DNA of 58,013 bases, the filler included, from Catajapyx aquilonaris (taxonomy: Eukaryota), in assembly GCA_000934665.2 (NCBI GenBank). It is 4 parts of 4 records of this genome, joined end to end, with 100 filler letters (N's around TTAATTAATTAA, not from the genome) between each part and the next. Parts side by side here need not be neighbours in the genome. Positions count along the whole stretch, not along the records: positions 1 to 14,421 come from JYFJ02007780.1; positions 14,522 to 28,942 come from JYFJ02007781.1; 2 more parts are not named here. One strand, given 5' to 3'. This document shows, in pieces, positions 12,445 through 23,690 of this stretch. Numbering within the stretch: position 1 is the first letter of the stretch; the number at the start of each line of letters is the position of its first letter. The notes beneath the pieces were generated by a model. It searched no databases, was not told the DNA's origin, and worked only from the letters and a program-made list of their open reading frames with translations. Made by a program: the position numbers and the translations under genes.

Positions 12445-13105
12445 GGTCCGTGCTACATACCTCTGATGAGGTCAAGCACTACCCCGGATTATTTTTTAAA
12501 AATTACTTTGGCTTTTAAAAGTTACCAAATTATTTTAAAAGGTTCAGTTCCCCAGAAGCTATAAGCCTGAGGCGGGTAGGAACCGGGTCTTTCATTATCT
12601 GCCGCCGCACCGTGCGTTGGAAAAGTCGAATTTTACGGATTTGACAGCTAGGTGGGTATAATAAAAAAGCGAGTTTCCATTTGACTGCTGTACGAACAAT
12701 GCACACTCACCCGCAGCTCCTTGTGTATACAACCTGTCCGAACAACTCTAGCACACACAATGAGGGCACAGTAGGCCACAGGGCAGACGCGCAGACCGCC
12801 AGAGAGCTTTTGGGTTTTAAATATTTTGACCAGTTTGGGCTTTTTGGGAAAGGCCAGTCAGCCACCCCAACCCTCCGCGATGCCATGGGGATAAGTCTAA
12901 TGTCAAAGAGTATTGCCAGACCTTTCAAATTTATTGGAGGGGGGGGGGGGTGTCCTGTTGCAGGCCGGGTTCAGCGAGGGTTTCTCCCGACCATTACTTG
13001 CACGGAGAAAGGGACAGGGTGGTGCAGATCACGCTTCAAAAGGGGGGGTTAATGCTATGTGAAACTCATTAATTGGCATCATTACTGCCTGTAATGTGCG
13101 CCGCA

Positions 13106-13203
13106 GGCCAACGAACGTTATTGTGGCTTTGCTAATTAACGATTGATGCATTAAAAGTAGATTCAAACATTAATTGGTAAAGCCACAATAACGTTCGTTG
13201 GCC
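13106..13203. repeat. Short inverted repeat (25-bp arms)
   Basis: GGCCAACGAACGTTATTGTGGCTTT ... AAAGCCACAATAACGTTCGTTGGCC. Confidence 0.85.
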
Positions 13204-13918
13204 ATACTTTACGGGCACCGTGTACTGAGGGAACATGTTTACATAAACGATCACGTGGGAGCAACGTGACCTTGGGATATACGACTCAACTTGGCGGGAA
13301 CAGGGGGGGAATCTGAGGTTGCTATGGTAGTTGAGTCACCATCCAAGAGATGGCAGGAGCATATTGAACCGGGTTTGGCACCGCAAAGGTCGCCTTCTCT
13401 ATGCACATCCTCCCGCACCAAATTCAAAAGCCCTCAGGACATCATAATTAATAATTATCATGTCCTTATAGCCGCTAAAGGGTTAATATAAGGGGGGGGG
13501 GGGGAGTATGATGCGGATAATAATAAGAACCTGGCCTACACCGCAGGCCGCAGGCCTAGAAAAGAGCGAGCGAAGCGAGCGGTTTTCTAGGCCGAATATC
13601 ACTCCACCAATATCATCACTCCAGGTTCCCGAATCACACCTATTGCATAAATGTAGTTGATGTACACACAGGCCGCCCTCTTCGAAATATGTGCTTCAAG
13701 CCGCCAAACGCTGAGAAGCTCCGTCCGCCAAGCCTAAAACAATTATTATTATTAATTATTGGCAATAGCAGGCTTCAATTTATAAATGATTCGACTCTAT
13801 GGGATCTGCGCATGTCCTTTCTTCGGAGTTGTTTGACACACTTTTTCTTAATTTTTCGGAATTTTGAAATTTCATACATTTTGTCCAACCAGATTTTGAA
13901 TCCGAACCACTGTGCGCC

Positions 13919-14421
13919 TGTGACAGGATGGGCACATAGATCAAGTCTATGACCGGAGCAGAGGGGATGCCAAAGTAAACAGAGGCTAACCGTATGAACT
14001 GGGTGTTTATTTCCTTCGGGATGGAACGGGTACACATAGGTAGGGGAAAGGTGGTGATCAAGGGGCAAGCTGACAGTGCAAGACCCCGTGGTTGTGACCA
14101 CCCCGACCAGGATATTCTCCTGGACCGGGAGAGGCCCGTGGTTGTGACCACCCCGACCAGGATATTCTCCTGGACCGGGAGAGGCCTCGACTGGTGGGTG
14201 ACCGTGGTTTATATAGTACTCTGACGCCCCACAGCATGATGGGAAGTTTTATCAGGAGCCAACCAGAGGCGGGCGATTACACAGAGTCGCAAGATAACAA
14301 GGGGGTTCCACGGTCAAATCGTTCGCCGTGTGCGGCGACCCGTAGCGTGAAGAAGGGTGTCCTGGAGGCTGAGCCCCCACTGGGCCTCACCTGTCGTGGG
14401 GTCGCCCTGTTGGGGGCAACA
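13919..14421 (-). mobile_element. LTR (~503 bp; solo LTR or 3' LTR of an element cut by the contig end)
   Basis: On the minus strand it starts TGTTG and ends TCACA, with TATATAAA (14208-14215), a 2x50-bp tandem (14085-14184) and AATAAA (14006-14011) in LTR order. No PBS follows. Confidence 0.65.
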
Positions 14422-14521
14422 NNNNNNNNNNNNNNNNNNNNNNNNNNNNNNNNNNNNNNNNNNNNTTAATTAATTAANNNNNNNNNNNNNNNNNNNNNNN
14501 NNNNNNNNNNNNNNNNNNNNN
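14422..14521. other. Artificial assembly spacer (N-TTAATTAATTAA-N, 100 nt)
   Basis: Stop-in-all-frames linker inside Ns; identical spacers at 28943 and 43500. Confidence 0.97.
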
Positions 14522-14727
14522 AGCGATACTCAATTTTCTCCATTGTCAGCAGCGTCCAACACCTTGCTGTCTTCTCGGAGCTGTAACTTTGCAATGAATT
14601 ATGCAATCGCATTGACACACTTGCACCTGGCACTAGTAGTAGATGTGCCTACTATATGTTGGCAGCACAGTCCAAGGGGATGTGTCCATCTGTCTCAGGG
14701 CCAAAACTTTTTGATATGCCCTCGTAA

Positions 14728-15121
14728 TGGGTCTGTCAGACAGGCGTTCCGTTTGCTCGCCCCGAAAATGTCGCTACGATCGCTGCGTCCAAAACTTGTC
14801 AGACAGACGCTTGCAGTTGAGCGCAGCCCACAAGAAGAACAGGCAAATTCCAGTCGGCAGGAAGGGGCAGTCAGGGCGAGGGGGGTCGTGAGGTGGAGGA
14901 GTAGTTGGGGCAGGAAGAGGTCTCGACCAATCGGCGCCCGACGTGCCGCTGGAGGTAAGCGCAGTGAGGGGGTCCTGCCTCGCTGCGACACCCCCCAATA
15001 TCCCCCAAATTCTTCGACCCAGGGCCCAGGGCACAGCGGAGCGCAACGTTCGCCAGTGTGACCCATGCGCGCGAAGCGTGTGGGGCGACAAAGCGAACGG
15101 AACGCCTGTCTGACAGACCCA
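14728..15121. mobile_element. PIF/Harbinger-type MITE
   Basis: TIR TGGGTCTGTCAGACAGGCGTTCCGTT / AACGGAACGCCTGTCTGACAGACCCA with TAA on both sides. Confidence 0.85.
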
Positions 15122-15670
15122 TAACTGTTGCGTGGGTTGGATAATGGAAACCCATGGTACAGTTAGTCGTTAGTGTACACTACAATTTCTTAATTACTAT
15201 GGTGTGTGATGACTTTTACCTTCATTGCAACTCAAACCCTTCTTGCAGTGGATGCATTCCAGTTTTGAACAGTCTGTAGCTGTCTCAGATTTAGTGCTAG
15301 GGGGTGCTATTTCTCTTTTTTCCCCGCCCTCTCTCGTAGCTTTTTCTTCTGTATATCACACAAAGTGACATCGATAGAGCTTAAAAACACAGAAACATTT
15401 ATATCTGTAACTCTTTTCGTTTTCAAATGAATAGAGTGGGACACTGGTCAAAAATTGTGGCTGAGGATGTGTCGTTCGACTTTCATTTCCCCCCTCATCT
15501 CGTCATTTTTTCGCCATCTGCGTACCTTGACATCGACAGAGCTTCAAAACTCAGTAAAATTTATCTTTCTAACATTTCTAGTTTTCGAATTAAGCCGATG
15601 CGAACTTTCAACAGCTTTTTGCAAGTATCCCTATTATTTTGTCCAACTCCTGTACATAAATATTGATTAA

Positions 15671-15925
15671 CCCTGGAACCGTGCCGTGGGGTCTTTTAGA
15701 ACCCCCAAGGAAAAAAATGCATTAAAATGATCATTACAATGAACTTTTGCCATTTTTTTACATTATATAACAGGCAGTGCAGGTTTATTTTGAATTAGCG
15801 ATCATTTTAGGCATTGTTCAAAGAATGATTGTATATAGTCAATACATTGAAAAGTATTATATAATAATTAATAAAAATTAAAATATGGATGGGGTCCGGA
15901 AAGACCCCACGGCACGGTTCCAGGG
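15671..15925. mobile_element. piggyBac-type MITE
   Basis: TTAA|CCCTGGAACCGTGCCGTGGGGTCTTT ... AAAGACCCCACGGCACGGTTCCAGGG|TTAA. Confidence 0.9.
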
Positions 15926-16930
15926 TTAATGACTCAAAAATACCTTTACATATGATTAGCCTATTCGTCACTATTTCTTGCGGAACCCCTGGCGATTGCT
16001 TGCGGAACCCCCGTTGAGAAACGCTGCTGGTCTAAACTGTGAAATTCACACATAACTGGCCTGTGACATGTCTTCAAATTGACAACCTGGTACTCTCCAG
16101 TTCACATAAGAGTGAACCTTTGCCTGTACAAAAGAACATGGGGAATCTGGGAAGTAAGCTTATACATTAGAAATTTTGATTTAGACTGTACCCGCCAGAA
16201 GGCCAACAGATATGGTTTTTACAAGTTGAATATGGCAGCCTGTTTGGTTGTGTTTTGTGGCATACGCTTCAATTATTGAAGGCTCTCCTGAAGAAGTATG
16301 TTCGTAACTAATTTTTATCCAAAATTAGTAGTCTAATATCTTTTAAAATTACAAGCATGAGAAAAAGGGCTGCAGAGTAGGCCTTCAGTAAACTGTTGGT
16401 TACGCAGCAACCATCTGCCGCAAAATTAGTCCCCGTTTCTCTGGTTTTCTCGAAGAAACAGTGCTGGTACACATAATTAGGCTGCCGAATTATCATGCCA
16501 GCTGCAGCACTACACAGATTGCACATTTTGTTATTAGGAGCAGTTGGGCACTACTTTCGGGCGGCTCACTGACCCCTCGGGCATATATGGATATCCAAAA
16601 AGGTTTTACTCTTATGTGAATCGGAGAGTACTAGAGTAACAGAGCTTGATGCACCTTGAGGGACAAATTCATAATGAACAATGACTAGGGAGATGAACAA
16701 ATATACAACCATCACACTCTTTGAAGGTGCCTCTATTTTATTTTAACAAGAGATATAATGAAGGATAATATAGCCCATGTTTCTGTACAATGGGAATAAC
16801 ACTGTAAAAATATTCATGTGTATTCTTGGCATAATTCTTATCTGATATTTGATATTTCCTGTAAATAGATTTCTTGATAAACATGTGTAATTCCCCCAGC
16901 CTGTTTTAAATAGGAAATCTTTCCTTGTAG

Positions 16931-17311
16931 GTGGGGCAAGAATCAACTATTGAGGGGCTAACTGTAACTGAAGCTGACCCAGAGGATGAGGAGAGCTATG
17001 TTATAGTTGATGGGCTGCAATTGGAGGCTATGGATGAAGAAGGAGAGGGTGTCGCAGTGGATGGGATGGATGGTGCTCCAGAAGTTGATGTTATATTGAA
17101 GGAGGGAGACATGCAGCGTGAAGAAGACATCATCATAGTGAATACAGAGGGGGGAGAAGTTGGGGTGGTGGAGCGGGCAGAGGAGGATGAAGGAGAGGGT
17201 CGCATGGAAACTGAAGTGCAGTATATTTTCCGTGAAGGAGCCAAGAAACTGGCCGAATATGTGGAAGAAGGGAAGGTTGAAGTTGTTGTGGTGCAGTCTG
17301 ACACTTCCTAA
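16931..17311 (+). CDS. Terminal coding exon of an unidentified gene; Glu/Val/Gly-rich acidic C-terminus
   Basis: Strong acceptor TCTTTCCTTGTAG at 16930, then a 126-codon open frame of biased composition and a stop. Upstream exons not found in this contig. Confidence 0.65.
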   Translation: MGQESTIEGLTVTEADPEDEESYVIVDGLQLEAMDEEGEGVAVDGMDGAPEVDVILKEGDMQREEDIIIVNTEGGEVGVVERAEEDEGEGRMETEVQYIFREGAKKLAEYVEEGKVEVVVVQSDTS

Positions 17312-17455
17312 AGGATCCTGGTAATTTTTGACGATGTAGCACTTCTCAATGCTCTCCTTTTAAGTTCTTTTTTTTTTGCACCAGTGGAAGCCGATGTTTA
17401 TGCCAAGTGTTTTGTTTTTATTGTTCGGACAGCATCAAATAGTGCTGGCATAAAA

Positions 17456-17534
17456 TGAAGGGTCGCCCCGAATAATGTTGTGAGTGATTATTGTAACCCA
17501 TGTCACATACAACATTATTCGGGGCGACCCTTCA
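17456..17534. repeat. Perfect hairpin (26-bp arms, 27-nt loop) in putative 3' UTR
   Basis: TGAAGGGTCGCCCCGAATAATGTTGT ... ACAACATTATTCGGGGCGACCCTTCA. Confidence 0.9.
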
Positions 17535-17858
17535 AATAGTTGCATACTGCATTCTTACCCAGGCAGATGTTTGAGAACCAAGTTCTATGTTGAATTGTAT
17601 GATACTTGTTATGTGGGCCTTGCAACATGGGATGAAGCCTATAGTTTTAAGTGATTTGGGAAAGCCAATTTGTCACCCAACTTGAGTGTGAGGCTCTAAT
17701 ACTACGAAAGTCTAAATGGACATTGTAAATACAAACACAAGTGCTCCTAATATGAGAATAACAGCATGTGTAGACTTTCAGACTCATGATCATAAGGTTT
17801 GTCTCCCTAGATGGGTAGCAGACTCAACTGTTGACTCCAGATACGTTAGAGAGTCATT

Positions 17859-18108
17859 TGAGAGGTCTCAGATCAAAGGCGGCTAAGTCCATTTTTTTGG
17901 GGGTGTAACACAAATACGTCCAGAAATAATATATTTTAATGTCATTGGGTATTAGCACATTTGCATATGTAGCTGACCCGTGGCAACATATGGTCGCAAA
18001 GAGTTAGAAGTACCAGTGAAAGTTAAGTGATCAGCAGTTTTTGCTCATTTTACGACCAGTTTTTGTGTTTTTTTAAATACTTAGTCGCCTTTGATCTGAG
18101 ACCCCTCA
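17859..18108. mobile_element. MITE with ~30-bp TIRs
   Basis: TGAGAGGTCTCAGATCAAAGGCGGCTAAGT ... ACTTAGTCGCCTTTGATCTGAGACCCCTCA. Confidence 0.8.
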
Positions 18109-18700
18109 TTTACAGCCACAAATGAATGGATGCTGGCCCATTATTGTTATTAATTGTCTATTAATTATTTATTTGATTACTAATTCACTTAATTACAGGA
18201 AGTACCAGTTTTATGCCACGTCATTTGACACCGATTCACATTAATGCCGATTTCAAAATTACCTTTGAATATTTTTTAAATCGCAAAATTTTGAAACATT
18301 TGAAAATAACTAAACATTCTAAACATAAACATAATTGCTGCAACACCTGTGAGTCCACATTACATCATAAGGCGCTTCTTTTGCATTTCATGGTGCATTG
18401 TGGCAGGGTGTAGTTATACACAGCACTCCCCAAGTACTGCATCTGTTGTTACAATACACTGCATTTACTGCAGTTCTTGCCAAAGGAGAAAAAGGAACAC
18501 TCAACCTGGAACCTTCCATTAAACATGTGTATTAAATGTGTCAAAAATTCGGCATTAAAAACATCTATATTACTACCGTCTGTGGAAAAATTTTGAAAAT
18601 TTTCAAACCTATCTCATTCAATAGCATTATAATTGTTTTGTTTTACACTGATTCCATTTATGCCTCTGTGTTGCTGGAACTGGTTGCTGGCATAAAATGG

Positions 18701-18864
18701 TACAATCTGTCTCGATAAGTTTTGGCCACTTCATCCTGGTCGTGAAACAATCCTTCACACACACACACACACACACACCCACACCTCTGCTCACCATGGG
18801 GCCTGTGTGAAGGGTTGCTTCACGACCAGGATAAAGTGGCCAAAACTTATTGAGACAGATTGTA
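18701..18864. mobile_element. Tc1/mariner-type MITE (~60-bp TIRs) containing a (CA)n tract
   Basis: TA|CAATCTGTCTCGATAAGTTTTGGCCAC ... GTGGCCAAAACTTATTGAGACAGATTG|TA. Confidence 0.8.
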
Positions 18865-18906
18865 CATCCTGTATTTGATATGTCATTATATTATAACAAG
18901 CTATTG

Positions 18907-19101
18907 CAGTGGTTTCCAACCGGGGGGGTCGAGAGCTATGGTTAAACTTTTTTTTTTTTGTTTTTTTTTTTTGCAATTACTGTCAATTGAACCCTTTTTA
19001 CGTCCGTACAAAGTGCATGTTTTCTGGAAAGGGGGGGGAGTTGTAGGAAGGGCCCAGGGAGGGGGGTGGGGTCGCAGTTGGTAAAAGGTTGGAAACCACT
19101 G
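18907..19101. mobile_element. hAT-type MITE, copy 1
   Basis: TIR CAGTGGTTTCCAACC / GGTTGGAAACCACTG; near-perfect 8-bp TSD AGCTATTG/GGCTATTG. Confidence 0.85.
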
Positions 19102-19555
19102 GGCTATTGTGTGTCGGCAATTAATGACAATAATATGTACTGGGCCTAGACCAGTTGACTCATGAGTGCCAGTTACATCACACTTTTGACCAACATGTAA
19201 TGAAAAATCCCGGTGAAGAGGTCAATTATTGCAGCATGAATTTGTATGATAAATTGTGCCGAATTGTTTGACATACTGCTTGTACGTCAAGGAAAATAAA
19301 ATGTCGGCTATTTTATCTGTTGTGTTTTCCATTGCTACAGTACCAGTACCAGGCCCACGTGGATACTAACTGTAAGAGCAAGTAGGGATCCATCATTGAA
19401 AAGAGATTGTAGCATAATGACATGCGTTCAAATTCCTTCTACCCCTAGAAAAGTTATATTGATTTTTTATTTTTAAATATTTTTTCCTTTTTCTGACAGC
19501 AAGACCAGAGTTCTCCTCACGTTGTCAAATGCTGAAATTATATTGTCTTCCCAAC

Positions 19556-19840
19556 ACCGAAGCAGGTTGGTGTAGTGGTTAAGGAGCCCGACTGCTAATC
19601 GGGAGGTCCTGGGTTCCATTTCCAGGAACAGCGATCCTTACTATGGTTTTCTGTGGTTTCCCACAGTCCCCCAGGATAACTCCGGGGTCGCTTCTGTATA
19701 ATAGGCCACAGCCACTTCCTTCCTTCCCTGTCCTTGGTCACATCCATGTGCGAAAGTTTCAGAAAAAATTGAGAGGTAAAATGGTGGTATTCCACCCCCC
19801 TAATGGAGTGCCGATTCTCCCAATGGGGTAAAATAAATAA
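19556..19840 (+). mobile_element. tRNA-derived SINE, family B
   Basis: A box TGGTGTAGTGG, B-box-like GGTTCCATTTCC, core GGTTTTCTGTGGTTTC...GGCCACAGCCACTTCCTTCC; 16-bp TSD ATATTGTCTTCCCAAC. Confidence 0.9.
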
Positions 19841-20401
19841 ATATTGTCTTCCCAACCTCGCACCTGCTAAGAAACCATCTCCAATCATGAATAAACTGTC
19901 TCATTCTCTATTGTTCAGTGGAATCAAACAACATTTTGTGACCTACTTGGTGCCAATCTCATCTTGAACTAGCATCCCATCTCATTTATGATGTGTGGTG
20001 CCCTTTTGAAAAATAGCAGAAGAGATAATGCTGCCTGGATTTTGTTGTTGTGTGTGCTGCAGTGCACCTACGATTAATTTTCACTTTTGGCTTGTGTTTT
20101 TCCCTCTTCGCAAGAGCTATGGTCTATAAGTGGCAACTTTGTCTACTGGCAGGGTCACCCAAGCCAGAAAGGTTTTGGAGTAAGAGACCAATAAACTTCT
20201 GGGGTCCCCCTTTAGAACCCAACCTGATGATCCCTCAGGGCCTGGAATTGCAGATGATAATCAATGTCACTAAACCTTTCAAGAGACCAGAAGACTAAAG
20301 GAAGAAAAGTATATGGCCATTGCTGACCATTTCCTGTTCAACTTTCGGAGGGTCACTGGCGACGACAGTATAGTTGGGGCTTTGGTTAGCTGGGATCCAG
20401 C

Positions 20402-20404
<3 letters not shown>

Positions 20405-20441
<37 letters not shown>

Positions 20442-20820
20442 TATTATTATTATTGTTATTAATAATAATAATAATTGGGTTACTGCACCGCCTCATTATT
20501 TAATAGGCATCTGGCACGGTACCTTGATTGCTTTTTAAAGTACAAGCTTATGGTTGGTCCTTTTCCGTAACCCCCGGATACCACGAGCGGGGTAAGGGTG
20601 ACTGGGAGGGGATGTGCAATGTGCAGTGCAATTTCTCTAACATGGTACGTAGTTAGTGAACTCCCCCGGGTGGATTAGTCTAGTGGAAATTCCACCCGAG
20701 ACGAAGCCAGAGACGACCCGACTCTGCACGAGATGAAGGGGGGAACCCTGGGTTGGGATCGAACCCGGGACCTTTTCATCCGTGGGTGCATATGTTACCG
20801 CAGCGCCACTCCGCCTCGCC
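20405..20820 (-). mobile_element. tRNA-derived SINE, family A, with (ATT/TAA)n tail
   Basis: Reverse complement of the family A head and core; TSD TGGGA(T/C)CCAGCTAAT at ~20391 and ~20821. Confidence 0.88.
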
Positions 20821-21014
20821 TGGGACCCAGCTAATGATCGCATCATGAGGACTGTGTGGTAGATCCTACCTGAAGCTCTTGAAAAACTGTGCATCAGCAA
20901 CTGTTTGCAGTGGTCACGCAATGTTTACATAGAGCACATTACTGGGGTGAGGCAGTTCTACCCTCCCCTGTACATTTATGCAAACCTGCCTTTGATAATA
21001 ATTGTGTAATGTTA

Positions 21015-21913
21015 CAGTAAAACTTATATAAGTCGAACTTCCCTAAGTCGAAGAAAATAGTGAGCTTGGTTGGTCACAATGTAATTTTTTTTTTTTTTTT
21101 TTTTGCATTACCCCATTGGGAGTTATATTTCCTTTAGGGGGGTGGAAATACCACCATTTGGGTGGAACCGGTATACTAAGATAGTATTTAGTGTGTTCCA
21201 AGGGTAGGTAGGAGGGGATGTGCAAAGTGCGTGTGCAATGTCGTTGATGTGCCGTTTTGTGAACTCCCCCGGGTGGCATATGTGAAAGGATCGCCACCCG
21301 AAACGAAGCCAGAGACGGTCTCACTCTGCACAAAAGAAGGTGGGAACCCCGGGTGGGGATTGAACCCGGGACCTTAACTTCCGTGGGCGCACGCGTTACC
21401 GCGGCGCCACTCCGTCTCCCTAGTCACAATGTAATATAATAGGAAATAAACTTCCCTAACACGAATTTCTATAACTCGAAGTGCAGGCAGGGCCTTACGA
21501 TGGGATATCAATGAATTTTCAGTCTCCCTAAGTCGAAGTTCACGTTGGCGAGTACGGATAATTTTCTCATTTCCCAACCGAAGGGTCGAGAGTAGGCCGC
21601 ATGTACAGAAAGGCTCAATTTCCTGATCTCCGTCTACCAGACGTACCGAAAGAAGTGTTTGACTCGATTGTGACAATTGAATCTTTGAATCGAAGAGTAG
21701 CAAAATGTCCAAAATGGAGATTTTTTTTAAACAAAACAATGAGGAACATTGTAAGTGTGATAGTGACACTTATTTTAAAGTTTTGAACCCCTTTTGTCGC
21801 TGGATATAAAGGTAGCCTTCCTCATAGAGTTCTGTGCTTAGAAAATTCCATACTTCCCTAACTCAAAGTATTTTTCCGGTTCCATGGAGATTCGACTTAT
21901 AGAAGTTTTACTG
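21015..21913. mobile_element. pogo/Tigger-like MITE interrupted by a SINE
   Basis: TA|CAGTAAAACTTATATAAGTCGAA ... TTCGACTTATAGAAGTTTTACTG|TA. Confidence 0.8.
21086..21420 (-). mobile_element. tRNA-derived SINE with family A head and family B-type tail
   Basis: Poly(A) tail; 13-bp TSD GTCACAATGTAAT at 21073 and 21423. Confidence 0.9.
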
Positions 21914-22348
21914 TATTTCATTTTTTTTATCCTGTTCTTTCACTGTGCTCTAGAATCCAGAGACATTATCTCCTCAAGGTATATTGTTGTACTTGTAGTT
22001 ATGGAATTATGTTTTATGAGTCATATAGTGTAGTTTATGCTATGACTGCAAGATTGTTTTTAAATGACAAGATCAAATCTATAAATTGTTATGCAATATT
22101 GTGTCACTGTCACACACATACCACTCCACATTATCAGCTTGTCAAAAATATTAATAAAACCCCCCAGTCCCTTCAGTTTTAGTTAGTTTAGGTATCTTTA
22201 GTTTTCTGATGACAAATGCCTGTTGGGTGTGCTTTATCCGGTATTTAAACATTGCTTAATTCATCCAAGTTCCATGTAGTTAGGCATGGCGCTAAAGCTT
22301 ATTTGCCAAAATGATTTCTTGGAAAGGCGCTTCAATATGCTGCTAGGT

Positions 22349-22582
22349 CAGTGGTTTCCAACCTTTTACCAACTGTGACCCCCTAAACATGTTTCCATAA
22401 ATGTGCGACACCCCCCCCCCCCCCCCCCCCCNCCAGGCCCCTCCTACAACTGTCCCCTTTCGAGAAAACATACACTCTGTACGGCAGCAAAAATGGTTCA
22501 ATTGACACAGAAATTGCAAAATAAAAAACAAGTTGAACCAAGGCTCGCGACCCTGCCCACGACCCCTGGTTGGAAACCACTG
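22349..22582. mobile_element. hAT-type MITE, copy 2 (opposite orientation to 18907-19101)
   Basis: Same CAGTGGTTTCCAACC TIRs and similar internal sequence. Confidence 0.85.
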
Positions 22583-22718
22583 TCCTTAATACTGAAGATA
22601 GATGCAAGGGAGTTATCACCCTGATACAATCAAATTAGGTACATTGCTTACTTGATTAAGGAGACATTAACAGGTTGACCTAGCGGCCCTGCGATTAAGG
22701 CCCTGCGACACTTCCCCC

Positions 22719-23085
22719 TTTTTTTTTTGTATTACCCCATGATAGGGCCATGTGCCCTTTGAGTGGGGGAAGGGGAGATTCCCAAGGGAGGGCACTCTTA
22801 ATCGGTTTCTAGTAATTTCTGACCCTCTTAAATACGTACCAGACCTTTTCTCTTGGACCTGGGCAGAGAAGGGAGTTCAATTCTGCCCGACATATCGGGT
22901 GAAAAGTGGAAAAAAGACCTGACCAGGCGAAGGTAACAGGGACAGGATTTGAACCCCGGACCTCCCGCTTGGCTGCTTTGCTTGTGGCTGGAGCGAGGGG
23001 CTCTCACCCCCAAACAGTAGCTCAACCGCCTGGCTCTGGCCACAAGCAATGCAGGCTTGTACAGGGGTATCCACACTTGCAAGGA
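22719..23085 (-). mobile_element. tRNA-derived SINE, family C
   Basis: Minus strand has B box GGTTCAAATCC and tail ...ATGGGGTAATACAAAAAAAA. 5' boundary approximate. Confidence 0.6.
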
Positions 23086-23377
23086 TGGACATCATCGATG
23101 TCAAAGGTTGACATTTCCAAAATGGATTGTCGCTGGCCTTTCGGACCCATTTCTGGTTTCTTCCATGCCCACATCCTACCACCCGTTGAAAATCCTGTTT
23201 TTAAATTTTAAAACATTTTGCCGCCCACCCCACTATCCTGCCCCCTGATAAGTACCCTTAATCTGCATAATTCACTATTTTCAGCTTGGCCATTATATTC
23301 CCCATCCCAAGGAACTGCAAAGTACCAAAAATTTTGCTGATAGCCCTAATGATAGCTTCCTCATTATTTGAACATTA

Positions 23378-23690
23378 AGGCTATTTTCACATGAGACCAC
23401 CAAGGCCATTTGCATTTGTATTGCTGCAAATGGAGCCTTTCACACGTGGTGGTGGCAGCATACTTGGCAGCACTGCCAGAAATACTGGTGGCAGGCAGGG
23501 CGATATTTGGCGCTGCCACATGTTTGCATTGAATCATATGAAGCCTTTCACACGAGACACACGACATTTTGTGCCGCCAGACATGCATTTTGAGACTGTG
23601 CTCGACTGGCAGCGCATCCGTGGTGGCGAACAAATCTGCAACACACTGCCAGAGAAGCGCTGCCATGGTGGCCTCATGTGAAAATAGCCT
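23378..23690. mobile_element. Harbinger-type MITE
   Basis: AGGCTATTTTCACATGAGACCACCA ... TGGTGGCCTCATGTGAAAATAGCCT in TAA/TTA context. Confidence 0.8.

Noticed and set aside
14466..14477. TTAATTAATTAA as a biological motif
   Set aside because: Synthetic stop linker embedded in Ns, repeated at every gap.
14543..15155. Overlapping 94-172-aa ORFs
   Set aside because: Chance ORFs in a GC-rich MITE; no protein motifs.
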